23,147 nt of DNA from Octopus sinensis (GCF_006345805.1 NW_021836693.1:1-23147), one strand, 5' to 3'. Shown: positions 1 through 9,281, numbered from the stretch's first letter. Numbers and translations: made by a program. Notes: a model not told the origin generated them from the sequence alone.

Positions 1-474
1 TGCGTATAGTCGAAATCCAATAATGGCTGAGATGGAAGGATCAATAAATACTTTTGTTGGAGAGCTGTAAATCAGAAGTGAATTCCAATTGACACCGATA
101 ATATTAATAATGAAAAATTCTTAAGGGTTTTCTTGATTAAACGAAAATATAGAGGTCACTGTAACATTTTATGTCAGTAAAGATTGGTTAAATAATGCCA
201 AAACGCGAACAGGAAAGAAAAATATATGAAAAAAGGAAAAAGAATAAAGTTCTGTGAGTGAAGATGAAAATACTGAGGCTAAATTTCCTGTTGAATTAAA
301 GAATTTAATTGAAGAAAATAATTACGCTAATCATGGAATCTTCAGTTCAGGTGAAGCCGCCGATTTTTCTGGATGAAAATTCCATCAAGAATGTTTTTGG
401 GAAGAAAGCAAAGCATCGTAGCTCGGATACAAAGGATCAAAAGATCGCTTAACTCTTTTAGTTCGAGGCAATAT

Positions 475-935
475 TGATGTGTGTGTGTGTGTGTGTGTGG
501 GAGAGAGAGAGAGATAGAGAGAGAGGAAGTGAGGGATTATGTGTGTGTGCGTGCGTGCGCGTGTATGTGTGTGCGTTTCTTTGTATGTGTGTGCTTGTGC
601 GTTTCTTTGCATGTGTGTGTGTGTGCGTGCGCGTGTATGTGTGTGCGTGCGTGTGTACGTGTGTTTGTGCGTTTTTCTGTATGTGTGTGTGTGTGTGTTT
701 GTGCGTGCGCGTGTATGTGTGTGCGTGCGTGCGTACGTGTGTGCGCGTTTCTTTGTATGTGTGTGTATGAGAGAGATAGAAAGTGAGGGGGAATGTGTGT
801 GTGTGTGTTTGTGTATGTGTATGAGAGAGATAGAGAGAGAGAGAGAAAGTGAGGGAGAGCGTGTGTGCATGCAAGCGTGCGTATGCATGTGTGTGCGTGC
901 GTGCGTGTGTGTATGTGTGTGTGCGTGTGTGTGGA
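475..935. repeat. Compound (GT)n/(GA)n/(GCGT)n microsatellite with ~60-bp higher-order periodicity
   Basis: Directly visible. Blocks such as gtgcgtgcgcgtgtatgtgtgtgcg recur. Confidence 0.95.
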
Positions 936-1225
936 GGGCCCGATTTCATATTAAAACCGATGGTTAGTTATCGAACGATCAGCAAAAGGGTCTTTAAAAG
1001 GATGCAACAAGCAATAGCTTCTAGGCATTTTCTGATCAAATATAATAAACGCACGGGTCACCAGAGCCTTCCTTCAAAAATGGCGTACGTCGCTTTCCTT
1101 CCTTCAAAAATGGCGTACGTCGCTTTCCTTCCACCACAAACACCGGAAGTTGAAAGTTATTGCAGGGAAAATAATTTAGCTTTTATAACTTTCATTCTTT
1201 ATAACAACCATCCTCTATCACTTAA

Positions 1226-1462
1226 TACTCTTTTACTCTTTTACTTGTTTCAGTCATTTGACTGCGGCCATGCTGGAGCACCGCCTTTAGTCGAGCAAAT
1301 CGACCCCGGGACTTATTCTTTTGTAAGCCCAGTACTTATTCTATCGGTCTTCTTTTGCCGAACCGCTAAGTGGCGGGGACGTAAACACACCAGCATCTGT
1401 TGTCAAGCAATGTCTGGGGGACAAACACAGACACACAAACATATACACACACACACACACAT

Positions 1463-1494
<32 letters not shown>

Positions 1495-1595
1495 CATATA
1501 TACGACAGGCTTCTTTCAGTTTCCATCTACCAAATCCACTCACAAGGCATTGGTCGGCCCGAGGCTATAGCAGAAGACACTTGCCCAAGATGCCA
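1226..1595 (-). mobile_element. SINE family A, 5'-truncated (tRNA head missing)
   Basis: Reverse complement matches the 7860-8272 copy from the TTGGGCAAGTGTCTTCT block through the tail GGCGGTGCTCCAGCATGGCCGCAGTCAAATGACTGAAACAAGTAAAAGAG. Has an internal TA/CA microsatellite. Confidence 0.9.
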
Positions 1596-1934
1596 AGCAT
1601 TACTTTTCCTTTATTCTTTATTCTTTATTCATTTTTGTTTAATCCTACCTGTACAGGTACGACTGATAGATTGATACAGCCCGTGGACTAGAGAAACACT
1701 GGTCATATTTATGTTTTTTTTTGTTGTTGTTATATTTGAATAACGTTCAGGTCATTGAAGATATGGCTGGAAAATGTGCAATAGCTTTCATTTTCTTTTA
1801 TTTTTCGTTTTTTCAAGAAGTTTCAAGGATGTCGATTCTGGGAAATGCTTGTGAATTATTGGATTTTCGTCTAAGAAGATTTGAGTAGTGGCTACGAAGT
1901 CATTGAAATTGAAAATGTACGTTTTGCTGGAAGG

Positions 1935-2360
1935 ATGGAGAGGAGGATGGAGTGGAGGATAAGGAAGAGGAGAGGGAGAAAGAGAGGAAGAAGAAGGGGA
2001 GAAGAGGAGAGGAAGATGGGGACGTGGGAAAAGAAGATGGAGCGGGAGCAGGAGAAGGAAGGAGAGTTGAAAAAGATGAAAGAAAAGATGAAAAGAAAAG
2101 AAAGAACAATTAGTAGTAGTAGTGGTAGTAGTAGCAGCAGCATCAGCAACATCATCCTCATCATCCTTCTCCTCCTCATCATGATCATGATGATGATGAT
2201 GATGATCATCATCATCATCATCAGCAGCAGCAGCAGCTAGTAGTAGTAGTAGAGTAGTAGTAGTAATAGTAGTAGTAGTAATAGTAGTAGTAGTAATAGT
2301 AGTAGTAGTACTGGTAGAAGAAAAGAAAGAAGAAGAATGTAAAGAAAGAAGGGGAGGGAG

Positions 2361-2400
<40 letters not shown>
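1935..2400. repeat. Polypurine tract followed by compound trinucleotide microsatellite (TAG/CAG/CAT/GAT/TAA)
   Basis: Directly visible. Confidence 0.95.
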
Positions 2401-2402
<2 letters not shown>

Positions 2403-2412
2403 GCACATAAAT

Positions 2413-2471
2413 GGCGGTGCCCCAGCATGGCCACAGCTCATAAGCTGAAACTAGAATCAATCAATCAATCA
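2413..2471 (+). mobile_element. Isolated retroposon 3' tail related to the SINE A tail, ending in (TCAA)n
   Basis: GGCGGTGCCCCAGCATGGCCACAGCTCATAAGCTGAAACTAG resembles the SINE A end GGCGGTGCTCCAGCACGGCCGCAGTGAAATGACTGAAACAAG. Confidence 0.65.
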
Positions 2472-2475
2472 AACA

Positions 2476-2643
2476 GCACAAGGCCTGAAATTTTGGGGAA
2501 GGAACTAGTCGATTCATTGACTCCAGTTACTTATTTCATCGACCCCGAAAGGATGAAAGGCAAAGTCGACCTCGGCGGAATTTGAACTCAGAACGTAGCG
2601 ACGGGCGAAATACCTATTTTTTTACTACCCACAAGGGCTAAAC
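2476..2643 (-). mobile_element. SINE family B, partial dimer (end of one unit, one headless unit, type-2 tail)
   Basis: Contains ATCGACCCCGAAAGGATGAAAGGCAAAGTCGACCTCGGCGGAATTTGAACTCAGAACG, the junction GAAATACCTATTTTTTTACTACCCACAAG and the tail GCACAAGGCCTGAAATTT. Confidence 0.9.
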
Positions 2644-2745
2644 TTTTCTTCCTCTGCTTCTTATTATTATCAGGAACAAAGCCGTTATATTTAATTTATC
2701 TGCATAATGGCCTGTGCATAAATATATATATATATGTATGTATGT

Positions 2746-2821
<76 letters not shown>

Positions 2822-3397
2822 GTATTTCCGCACTATAAGGCGCACCGGATTATAAGGCGCACCTTCAATGAATGGCCTATTTTAAAACTTTGTCCATATA
2901 TAAGACGCACCGCATTATAAGGCGCATAGAATAGACGCTACAGTAGGGGCTTGGGTTACGTTATGCATCCATTAGATGGAGCTGCGCTGAAAGGAATGTC
3001 AACAAAACAGTTGGCTAGGTCAGTCAAACTTTATTAATAGATTACAAACCAGCGTTCTGGCAACTCCGTTCACTCCCAAAATGAATAAACAGCTGTTTTA
3101 TTATTTTCCCCGAGGTAAAGTCAGTGACGTGGTATTTTGTTTATTTTTTAACAGCAAGGTATAACATGTAGTACAACATTTAGATCACATAGTGGAGGGG
3201 AACTTTTCCTCGATTCAATAAACACGTAAAAAACAGTCTGATACTGTGACAGTAAATCAAACGTTAGTGCAATCACAATATAGTAACACTCGAAATAGTG
3301 CAAAGCAATAAAAAATAGCAATAACTTAACGTTGCTCAAACGTTAATGTCACACAACACAACACACAAAATAAACATATAAAGCTCACTTTATTAAG

Positions 3398-4657
3398 TTA
3401 TTCCTCATTCACGAATCCCTCGAATTCTTCTTCTTCAGTGTCCGAATTAAACAGTTGGGCGAATACGGGATCCAACACGCCCGGCTCTGTCTCGTCGAAG
3501 TCGTCATTAATCGAGTCAGTGTTGCTGATGTTGTCTAGCAGTTCAGTGACAATTCCTGCCTTCCTGAAAGCTCGGATCACAGTTGAGACTGATATATCAG
3601 CCCAGGCATTTACGATCAATTGGCAGAGAGTGGCGTATGTCGTTCGGCGCTGTCTCCCTGTCTTGGTAAAAGTGTGTTCGCCTTCTGTCATCCGCTGTTC
3701 CCACGCAGTTCGCAGTCTAGCTTTGAATGCCCTGTTGACACCAATATCTAGCGGCTGGAGTTCTTTTGTCAATCCACCTGGAATAACAGCGAGTATTGAA
3801 TTCGTGTGCTTCACATGTTTTTTGACACCATTTGTGATATGGGAGCGCATGGAGTCGTAGATCAAAAGGGACGGAGCTGTGTGAAAAAACCCACCCGGTC
3901 TCTTCACGTAAATTTCCCTCAACCACTCGCTCATCTTTTCGTCATCCATCCATCCCTTTGAGTTAGCTTTGATGACGACGCCGGCTGGAAAGTTTTCTTT
4001 TGGCAAGGTCTTCCTCTTGAAAATAACCATGGGTGGAAGTTTCTGGCCATTAGCTTGGCAAGCGAGAACTACAGTGAAGGATGACTTCTCATTTCCTGTG
4101 GTGCGAACATTTACCGTACGTGCTACCGTTTTTTCCACAGTGCGGTTCACACTGTTGATGATGTGCTCTGGCCGGATCTTTTTTTTAGTAATCTTGTTTT
4201 TGCAATATGCGCGAAAAGTGACCAGCTTTTCTTGGTGGTCTTTTGGCAGTTGCTGTGAAACAGTAGTTCGTGTGCGAATGGAGAGATTACATCTTTTCAT
4301 AAACCGAAAGCACCAAGAAGGACCGCCTTTAAATTCATTAATGTTAAGTTCGCTTGCTAGCGCTGTTGCCTTCATTCGAATAGTGATTGTACTGACACTT
4401 CTACCTGCTGCTCTCTGTTCAACAACCCACTGTTCGAGTTTGTTCTCCAACTGTGGCCATCTCGCTTTGTTCCCTTGGAAGCTCTTTTTAGTCTTCTTTA
4501 CTTGGCTCAGGTCATCTTGTTGCTTCCTCCACTTCCGCACCATTGATTCGTTGATGTTAAATTCTCTCGCTGCTGCTCTATTCCCGTGTTCTACTGCGTG
4601 ACTGATCGCCTTGAGTTTAAACTCTGCGTCGTAGGCGTGTCTCTTAATAGGAGCCAT
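3398..4657 (-). CDS. Pogo transposase (Brinker-type DBD + CENP-B/Tc5 HTH + DDE_1), 419 aa from MAPIKRH; probably catalytically dead
   Basis: N-terminal RHAYDAEFKLKAI...AAAREFNINESMVRKWRK (BrkDBD-like), then FKGGPSWCFRFMKR (CENP-B HTH), KLPPMVIFK and KGWMD. LLIYDS...LQPLD has 35 residues between the two Asp. Acidic C-tail. AATAAA at 3389-3394 (-) just after the stop. The first-Asp motif (N-x-D-E) is absent. Confidence 0.92.
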   Translation of the reverse strand: MAPIKRHAYDAEFKLKAISHAVEHGNRAAAREFNINESMVRKWRKQQDDLSQVKKTKKSFQGNKARWPQLENKLEQWVVEQRAAGRSVSTITIRMKATALASELNINEFKGGPSWCFRFMKRCNLSIRTRTTVSQQLPKDHQEKLVTFRAYCKNKITKKKIRPEHIINSVNRTVEKTVARTVNVRTTGNEKSSFTVVLACQANGQKLPPMVIFKRKTLPKENFPAGVVIKANSKGWMDDEKMSEWLREIYVKRPGGFFHTAPSLLIYDSMRSHITNGVKKHVKHTNSILAVIPGGLTKELQPLDIGVNRAFKARLRTAWEQRMTEGEHTFTKTGRQRRTTYATLCQLIVNAWADISVSTVIRAFRKAGIVTELLDNISNTDSINDDFDETEPGVLDPVFAQLFNSDTEEEEFEGFVNEE

Positions 4658-4817
4658 TTTGGGGTCTCTACATAAACACACAAATGGAAATGAAACGGCA
4701 CGCCTCGCGCAGTCATATATCCCAGCATGCACCGCGCGCTTCTTCTACGATGGAAAAGGAAGTCGGCGGCTGCTTACCGTAGTTTCGAGACCTGTTGTGG
4801 CTCAATATTGGTCCACA

Positions 4818-4899
4818 TATAAGGCGCACCGGATTATAAGGCGCACCGGATTATAAGGCGCACCGGATTATAAGGCGCACCGGATTATAAGGCGCACCG
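4818..4899 (+). repeat. Subterminal 17-bp tandem repeat TATAAGGCGCACCGGAT x4 plus a partial fifth
   Basis: Direct count. The core is the same as the inner part of the TIR. Further copies lie at 2834-2863 and ~2899-2927. Confidence 0.95.
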
Positions 4900-4957
4900 T
4901 CAGCTTTTGAGAAAATTGAAGGTTTTTAGGTGCGCCTTATAGTGCGGAAAATACGGG

Positions 4958-5558
<601 letters not shown>

Positions 5559-5594
5559 TTTATACATATAAATATTTATATATATATATATATA

Positions 5595-5786
5595 TACATA
5601 TAAGAGGGATGACCACAACGTGGACACCCATTATCCTAGAAGTAGGTCCGCTATGGAATATTCTCAAGAAAATTTAGCAAACGCCAGAACGTTTTCTTGA
5701 GAACATTCCTATCTTAGTGGAAAAACCATAGCGGATCTCCTCAAGCATAATAGATGTCCACGTAGTGGTCATCCCTCTTATATGTA
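5595..5786. mobile_element. ~190-bp fold-back (MITE-like) element
   Basis: TACATATAAGAGGGATGACCACAACGTGGACA... is inverted at ...TGTCCACGTAGTGGTCATCCCTCTTATATGTA. Inner arms CCGCTATGG and TTCTCAAGAAAA/TTTTCTTGAGAA also pair. Confidence 0.75.
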
Positions 5787-5870
5787 TGTAATATGATTTT
5801 TCTGAATCTTCAGATTTTAATATGCTAGACCACTGGTTTTAAATTGATATTCAATATTTCATCCTAATTA

Positions 5871-5874
<4 letters not shown>

Positions 5875-5913
<39 letters not shown>

Positions 5914-6310
5914 TATATATATTTATGTGCGTGTATTTGTGTGTGCGTTTTTGTGCGTGTGTGTGTGCGCGTGCGCGTGTATATATTATACATATATATA
6001 CATATACACATATATACATATATATACAAGTATGCATGCATAAATCTGTATATACATTCGTAGTATATATATGTATTTATGTACACGCACAGACATAAAC
6101 AGACATGTGTATGTATGTATGTATGTATGTATGTATGCATGCATGCATGTATGCATGTATGCATGTATGTATGTATGTATGTATGTATGTATGTATGTGT
6201 GTGTGTATGTATGTATGTATGTAGTATGTATGTATGTAAGTATGTATGTATGTATGTATGTATGTATGTATGTATGTATGTATGTATGTATGTATCTATG
6301 TTTGTATGTG
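5875..6310. repeat. (TA)n/(GT)n/(TATG)n compound microsatellite
   Basis: Directly visible. Confidence 0.95.
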
Positions 6311-6724
6311 TTTGTCGCCATTCTAATTCTGGAGGACAAATCAACTGACTAAAAGTTAAATTTTTGTCTTTTTCCTTTACAATTCCAAAGTTCTATTGAA
6401 AACCCCGACAATGGTTTTGTTGACAGCTGTTTGGTTGAAATAGCTTGTGTGTCTGAACATCCAGGATATGTGTGGCTTTGTCTGAACGTGTCTTGTATCT
6501 CTTTACCAGAACCGGACCGACAGTTCTCTTTACACAACTCCCACTACTTCCGGAAATCGATTCATAGAACAATGCAAAGGAATTACAACAGAATGGCGAA
6601 ATTTGTTTTAGATTTTAAATGTCTAACATCCGTTTCTGACGTTTCTTTTATAATTGACTCAATAACATACTTTTTCTAAAGAAAGTACATACTAGTTGAG
6701 GTTATAGATATACTATGTCCGAAA

Positions 6725-6759
<35 letters not shown>

Positions 6760-6881
6760 ACAGTTGAGTTGGTCATAGATGGAATGTCTTTGGTCGAAGC
6801 TCTACTCAATCTGAGTTGTCTGAGGGCTAAACAATAGCAACATGCAATTCTTGAGGAATAGATATTGGATTCAAATTTGAT

Positions 6882-7048
6882 GAGTCAATTACATCGACTC
6901 CAGTACTCCAATAGTACATATTTTATCGACCCTAAAAAGATGAAAGGCAGAGCCAACCTTGACGGAATTTGAACTCAGAACGTAAAGACAGACGAAAAGA
7001 CGTTAATCTTTTCGTCCCGTGTGCTAACGATTTTACCAGCACGCTGCG
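6882..7048 (-). mobile_element. SINE family B monomer, diverged
   Basis: TTTATCGACCCTAAAAAGATGAAAGGCAGAGCCAACCTTGACGGAATTTGAACTCAGAACG...GTGCTAACGATTTTACCAGC matches the family B body and head. Confidence 0.85.
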
Positions 7049-7316
7049 TTACTGCTAAAATTAATAAATACAATAACACCGGTCTACTAAAGGTTTGCTC
7101 AATTAGCGTTGTCCGAGACCTAATCAATAACAACATGCAATCCTTCTGATAAAGTGGGCATAAACATGGCTGCTATTTCTAACAAGGCGAATGACCACGG
7201 AGGCGCAGAGAGTTGTTTGCATGGAAGATGGAAGCCAGAAAAGGTTTGAAATTCAAATGGACTCCATATTGTCGTACCGACTTCGGTGTTGCTAATTAGA
7301 AAATTAAACGGTTAAC

Positions 7317-7521
7317 CGACTTACCCCGACCCCTAAAATTGCTGGCCTTGTGCCTAAATTTGAAGCCAATATTTACTTAAGGCAGCGAACAGTTAGCGGG
7401 ATTATAGCATCGGGTTGAATAACTTTCGGAATATGTTCCGGCTCTCGGGGTCCTGAGATCGAATAACACTAAGCTCAACATTGACTTCTCGTCCTTTCGG
7501 TGTTGATAGATAAAGTAACAG
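7317..7521 (+). mobile_element. Old family-B-like relics: a type-2 tail (7317-7372) followed by a highly diverged head and body
   Basis: CCCCTAAAATTGCTGGCCTTGTGCCTAAA tail, then GTCCTTTCGGTGTTGATAGATAAAGTA resembling the B core. Confidence 0.5.
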
Positions 7522-7559
7522 ACAAGTGCTGAGGGTGATTATCCTCCCTCCTTCTTTCA

Positions 7560-7767
7560 CCCCCTCTCTCTCTCTTTCTCTCTCTTTGTCACTCTCTCCT
7601 CGTTTCTTCTCTCTTACTCTTCTTCCCTTCTCTCTGTCTCTATTTCGCTCGTTAACCGGCTACCTATATCTCTCCTTCTTTCTATCACTCTTTCTCTCTG
7701 TCTCTCTTTCCCCCTCTCTCTCCTTCCCCCTCTCTCTATCTTTCTAGTTAGCTATCTAGCTGTGGTA

Positions 7768-7833
<66 letters not shown>

Positions 7834-7859
7834 ATCTATCTATCTATCTATCTATCTAT
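7560..7859. repeat. (CT)n then (TCTA)n microsatellite; (TCTA)n resumes at 8273-8353 and 9001-9015
   Basis: Directly visible. Confidence 0.95.
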
Positions 7860-8272
7860 GCAGGAGTGGCTGTGTGGTAAGTAGCTTGCTTACCAACCAC
7901 ATGGTTCCGGGTTCAGTCCCACTGCGTGGCACCTTGGGCAAGTGTCTTCTGCTATGGCCTCGGGCCGACCAAATCCTTGTGAGTGGATTTGGTAGACGGA
8001 AACTGAAAGAAGCCTGTCGTATATATGTATATATATGCATATGTGTGTGCGTGTGTGTGTGTCTTTGTGTGTCTGTGTTTGTCGCCCCAACATCGCTTGA
8101 CAACCGATGCTGGTGTATTTGCGTCCCCGTAACTTAACGGTTCGGCAAAAGACACCGGTAGAATAAGTACTAGGCTTACAAAGAATAATTCCTGGGGTCA
8201 ATTTGCTCGACTAAAGGCGGTGCTCCAGCACGGCCGCAGTGAAATGACTGAAACAAGTAAAAGAGTAAAGAA
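7860..8272 (+). mobile_element. tRNA-derived SINE family A, full length, with CORE-like block
   Basis: A box TGGCTGTGTGG (7867), B box GGTTCAGTCC (7910) and CACCTTGGGCAAGTGTCTT (resembles the CORE-SINE domain start). Internal TA/GT microsatellite, then tail ...GACTGAAACAAGTAAAAGAGTAAAG. Inserted within (TCTA)n. Confidence 0.92.
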
Positions 8273-8348
<76 letters not shown>

Positions 8349-8351
8349 CAT

Positions 8352-8998
8352 CTATGGCGAAAGAATGTATCTGGTGGACGCGTCTGAAAGGATTGGAGAC
8401 AAACACTTTCCTCTCTGGTCAATCTCTCATCAACTCTTCAAGTACCACTTGAAAAGGAAAGTGAGAGTAGAGAGGGCAAGTTTTGTCTAGCGAATGTTTA
8501 AAAAAAGATGGGTGAATGTAGCAAGGATGGCACGTATAAATGACGAAGCCACCTTGAGCATAATCCTATGAACCCAGAAATTGAAAACAGAGGGTTAACA
8601 CTTGCAAACAAATGTTGGTAAATATAACAATATTGACCAAGGTTACCGTGGTCTTTTTCGTAGCTTTTCTTCCCACGGATAAACCTTACTTGCTTTCCCC
8701 TTTACACCATATATCATAACACTGTGATACACGATCCCTATTGATCGTTCTTTTTTCCTCTTCTCCTTTTTTTCCCCCTTTTTTCTTCTTTTTTCATTTC
8801 TCTTTCCTTTTGTTCCTTTTCCTTTTTTTTTTTTCCTTTTATTCTTTTTTTTTCCCCTTTTACGATCCCTCTTGATCGAAAACCTACGCCACCCCTTTTT
8901 TTTTCTTTTGTTTTTTGTTCTCTTCATCCCCCAAAAGAAAAGCTCTACCTTGTAACTTGTCCCATCTGTGTGCAGCCCTGTGTGGCCAATAAAGAAAC
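8352..8998 (+). mobile_element. 3' end of a Tx1/L1-group non-LTR retrotransposon (ORF2 C-terminus + 3' UTR), 5'-truncated
   Basis: Translation with 2-3 frameshifts gives MAKECIWWTRLKGLETNTFLSGQSLIN/FKYHLKRKVRVER/QVLSSECF/KKRWVNVARMARINDEATLSIIL*. This fits the Tx1 ORF2 end pattern AKxxIWxxR...F...L..R...E...F...W. A T-rich UTR follows and ends AATAAAGAAA. Confidence 0.7.
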
Positions 8999-9281
8999 TT
9001 ATCTATCTATCTATCACTCTCGTTTTCTCTCTCTTTTTGTTTCTCTTTCTCCCTTTTTATTTCTCTCTCACTCCCTCTCTATCTCTATCCTATCTATTTT
9101 GTTAGCTATCTCGCTCTACCTCTCTTTCGCTTTCTCTTTCTCTCTCTCTTTCTCTTTGCCTCCTTGTCTTTCTCTCTCACATACACACATACGCATACAC
9201 ACATGCATAGCAACTCGTAACCAACCGAAAGGCCTTTTATGAACGATTGTTGCGCAGCACAGACAGTGAAACATATAACCA

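Larger units (their letters stand above)
1..1700 (+). pseudogene. Decayed Tigger-type (pogo, TIGD1-like) transposase, interrupted by a microsatellite (475-935) and a SINE (1226-1595)
   Basis: Manual translation across frameshifts and stops gives colinear Tigger-like motifs: FYVSKDWLNNAKTRTG (cf. FxASKGWFxRFKKR), KFPVELKNLIEENNY, FWMKIPSRMF and GYKGSKDRLTLLVRGN. After the microsatellite: [10 protein letters not shown] and PEVESYCRENNLAF...NNHP. After the SINE: TTDRLIQPVD (cf. TTSLIQPMD). May extend to ~1935. Confidence 0.8.
2820..4956 (-). mobile_element. Full-length pogo-superfamily DNA transposon (POGK/Passer-like) inserted in (TA)n
   Basis: Left TIR CCGTATTTCCGCACTATAAGGCGCACC (2820-2846). 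Right TIR GGTGCGCCTTATAGTGCGGAAAATACGG (4929-4956) is its reverse complement with one extra base. TA tracts flank both sides, and the element encloses one transposase ORF. Confidence 0.95.

Noticed and set aside
385-967. ORFs rich in HT/CV/RA dipeptides (also 4989-5267, 5868-6352, 9485-9907, 10472-13118, 17418-17668)
   Set aside because: Translations of stop-free microsatellites; no coding signal.
849-1691. 280-aa ORF
   Set aside because: Accidental read-through of microsatellite, Tigger relic and antisense SINE A; not a coherent gene.
1788-2460. Poly-Y/T/D/H/L/I ORFs
   Set aside because: Frames of a compound trinucleotide repeat.
3438-4601. Plus-strand ORFs of 140 and 210 aa
   Set aside because: Antisense shadows of the transposase ORF.
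4658-4732. 25-aa N-terminal extension of the transposase in the ORF track
   Set aside because: Domain similarity starts at MAPIKRH (ATG 4657, context AAAATGG); the upstream part is likely 5' UTR.
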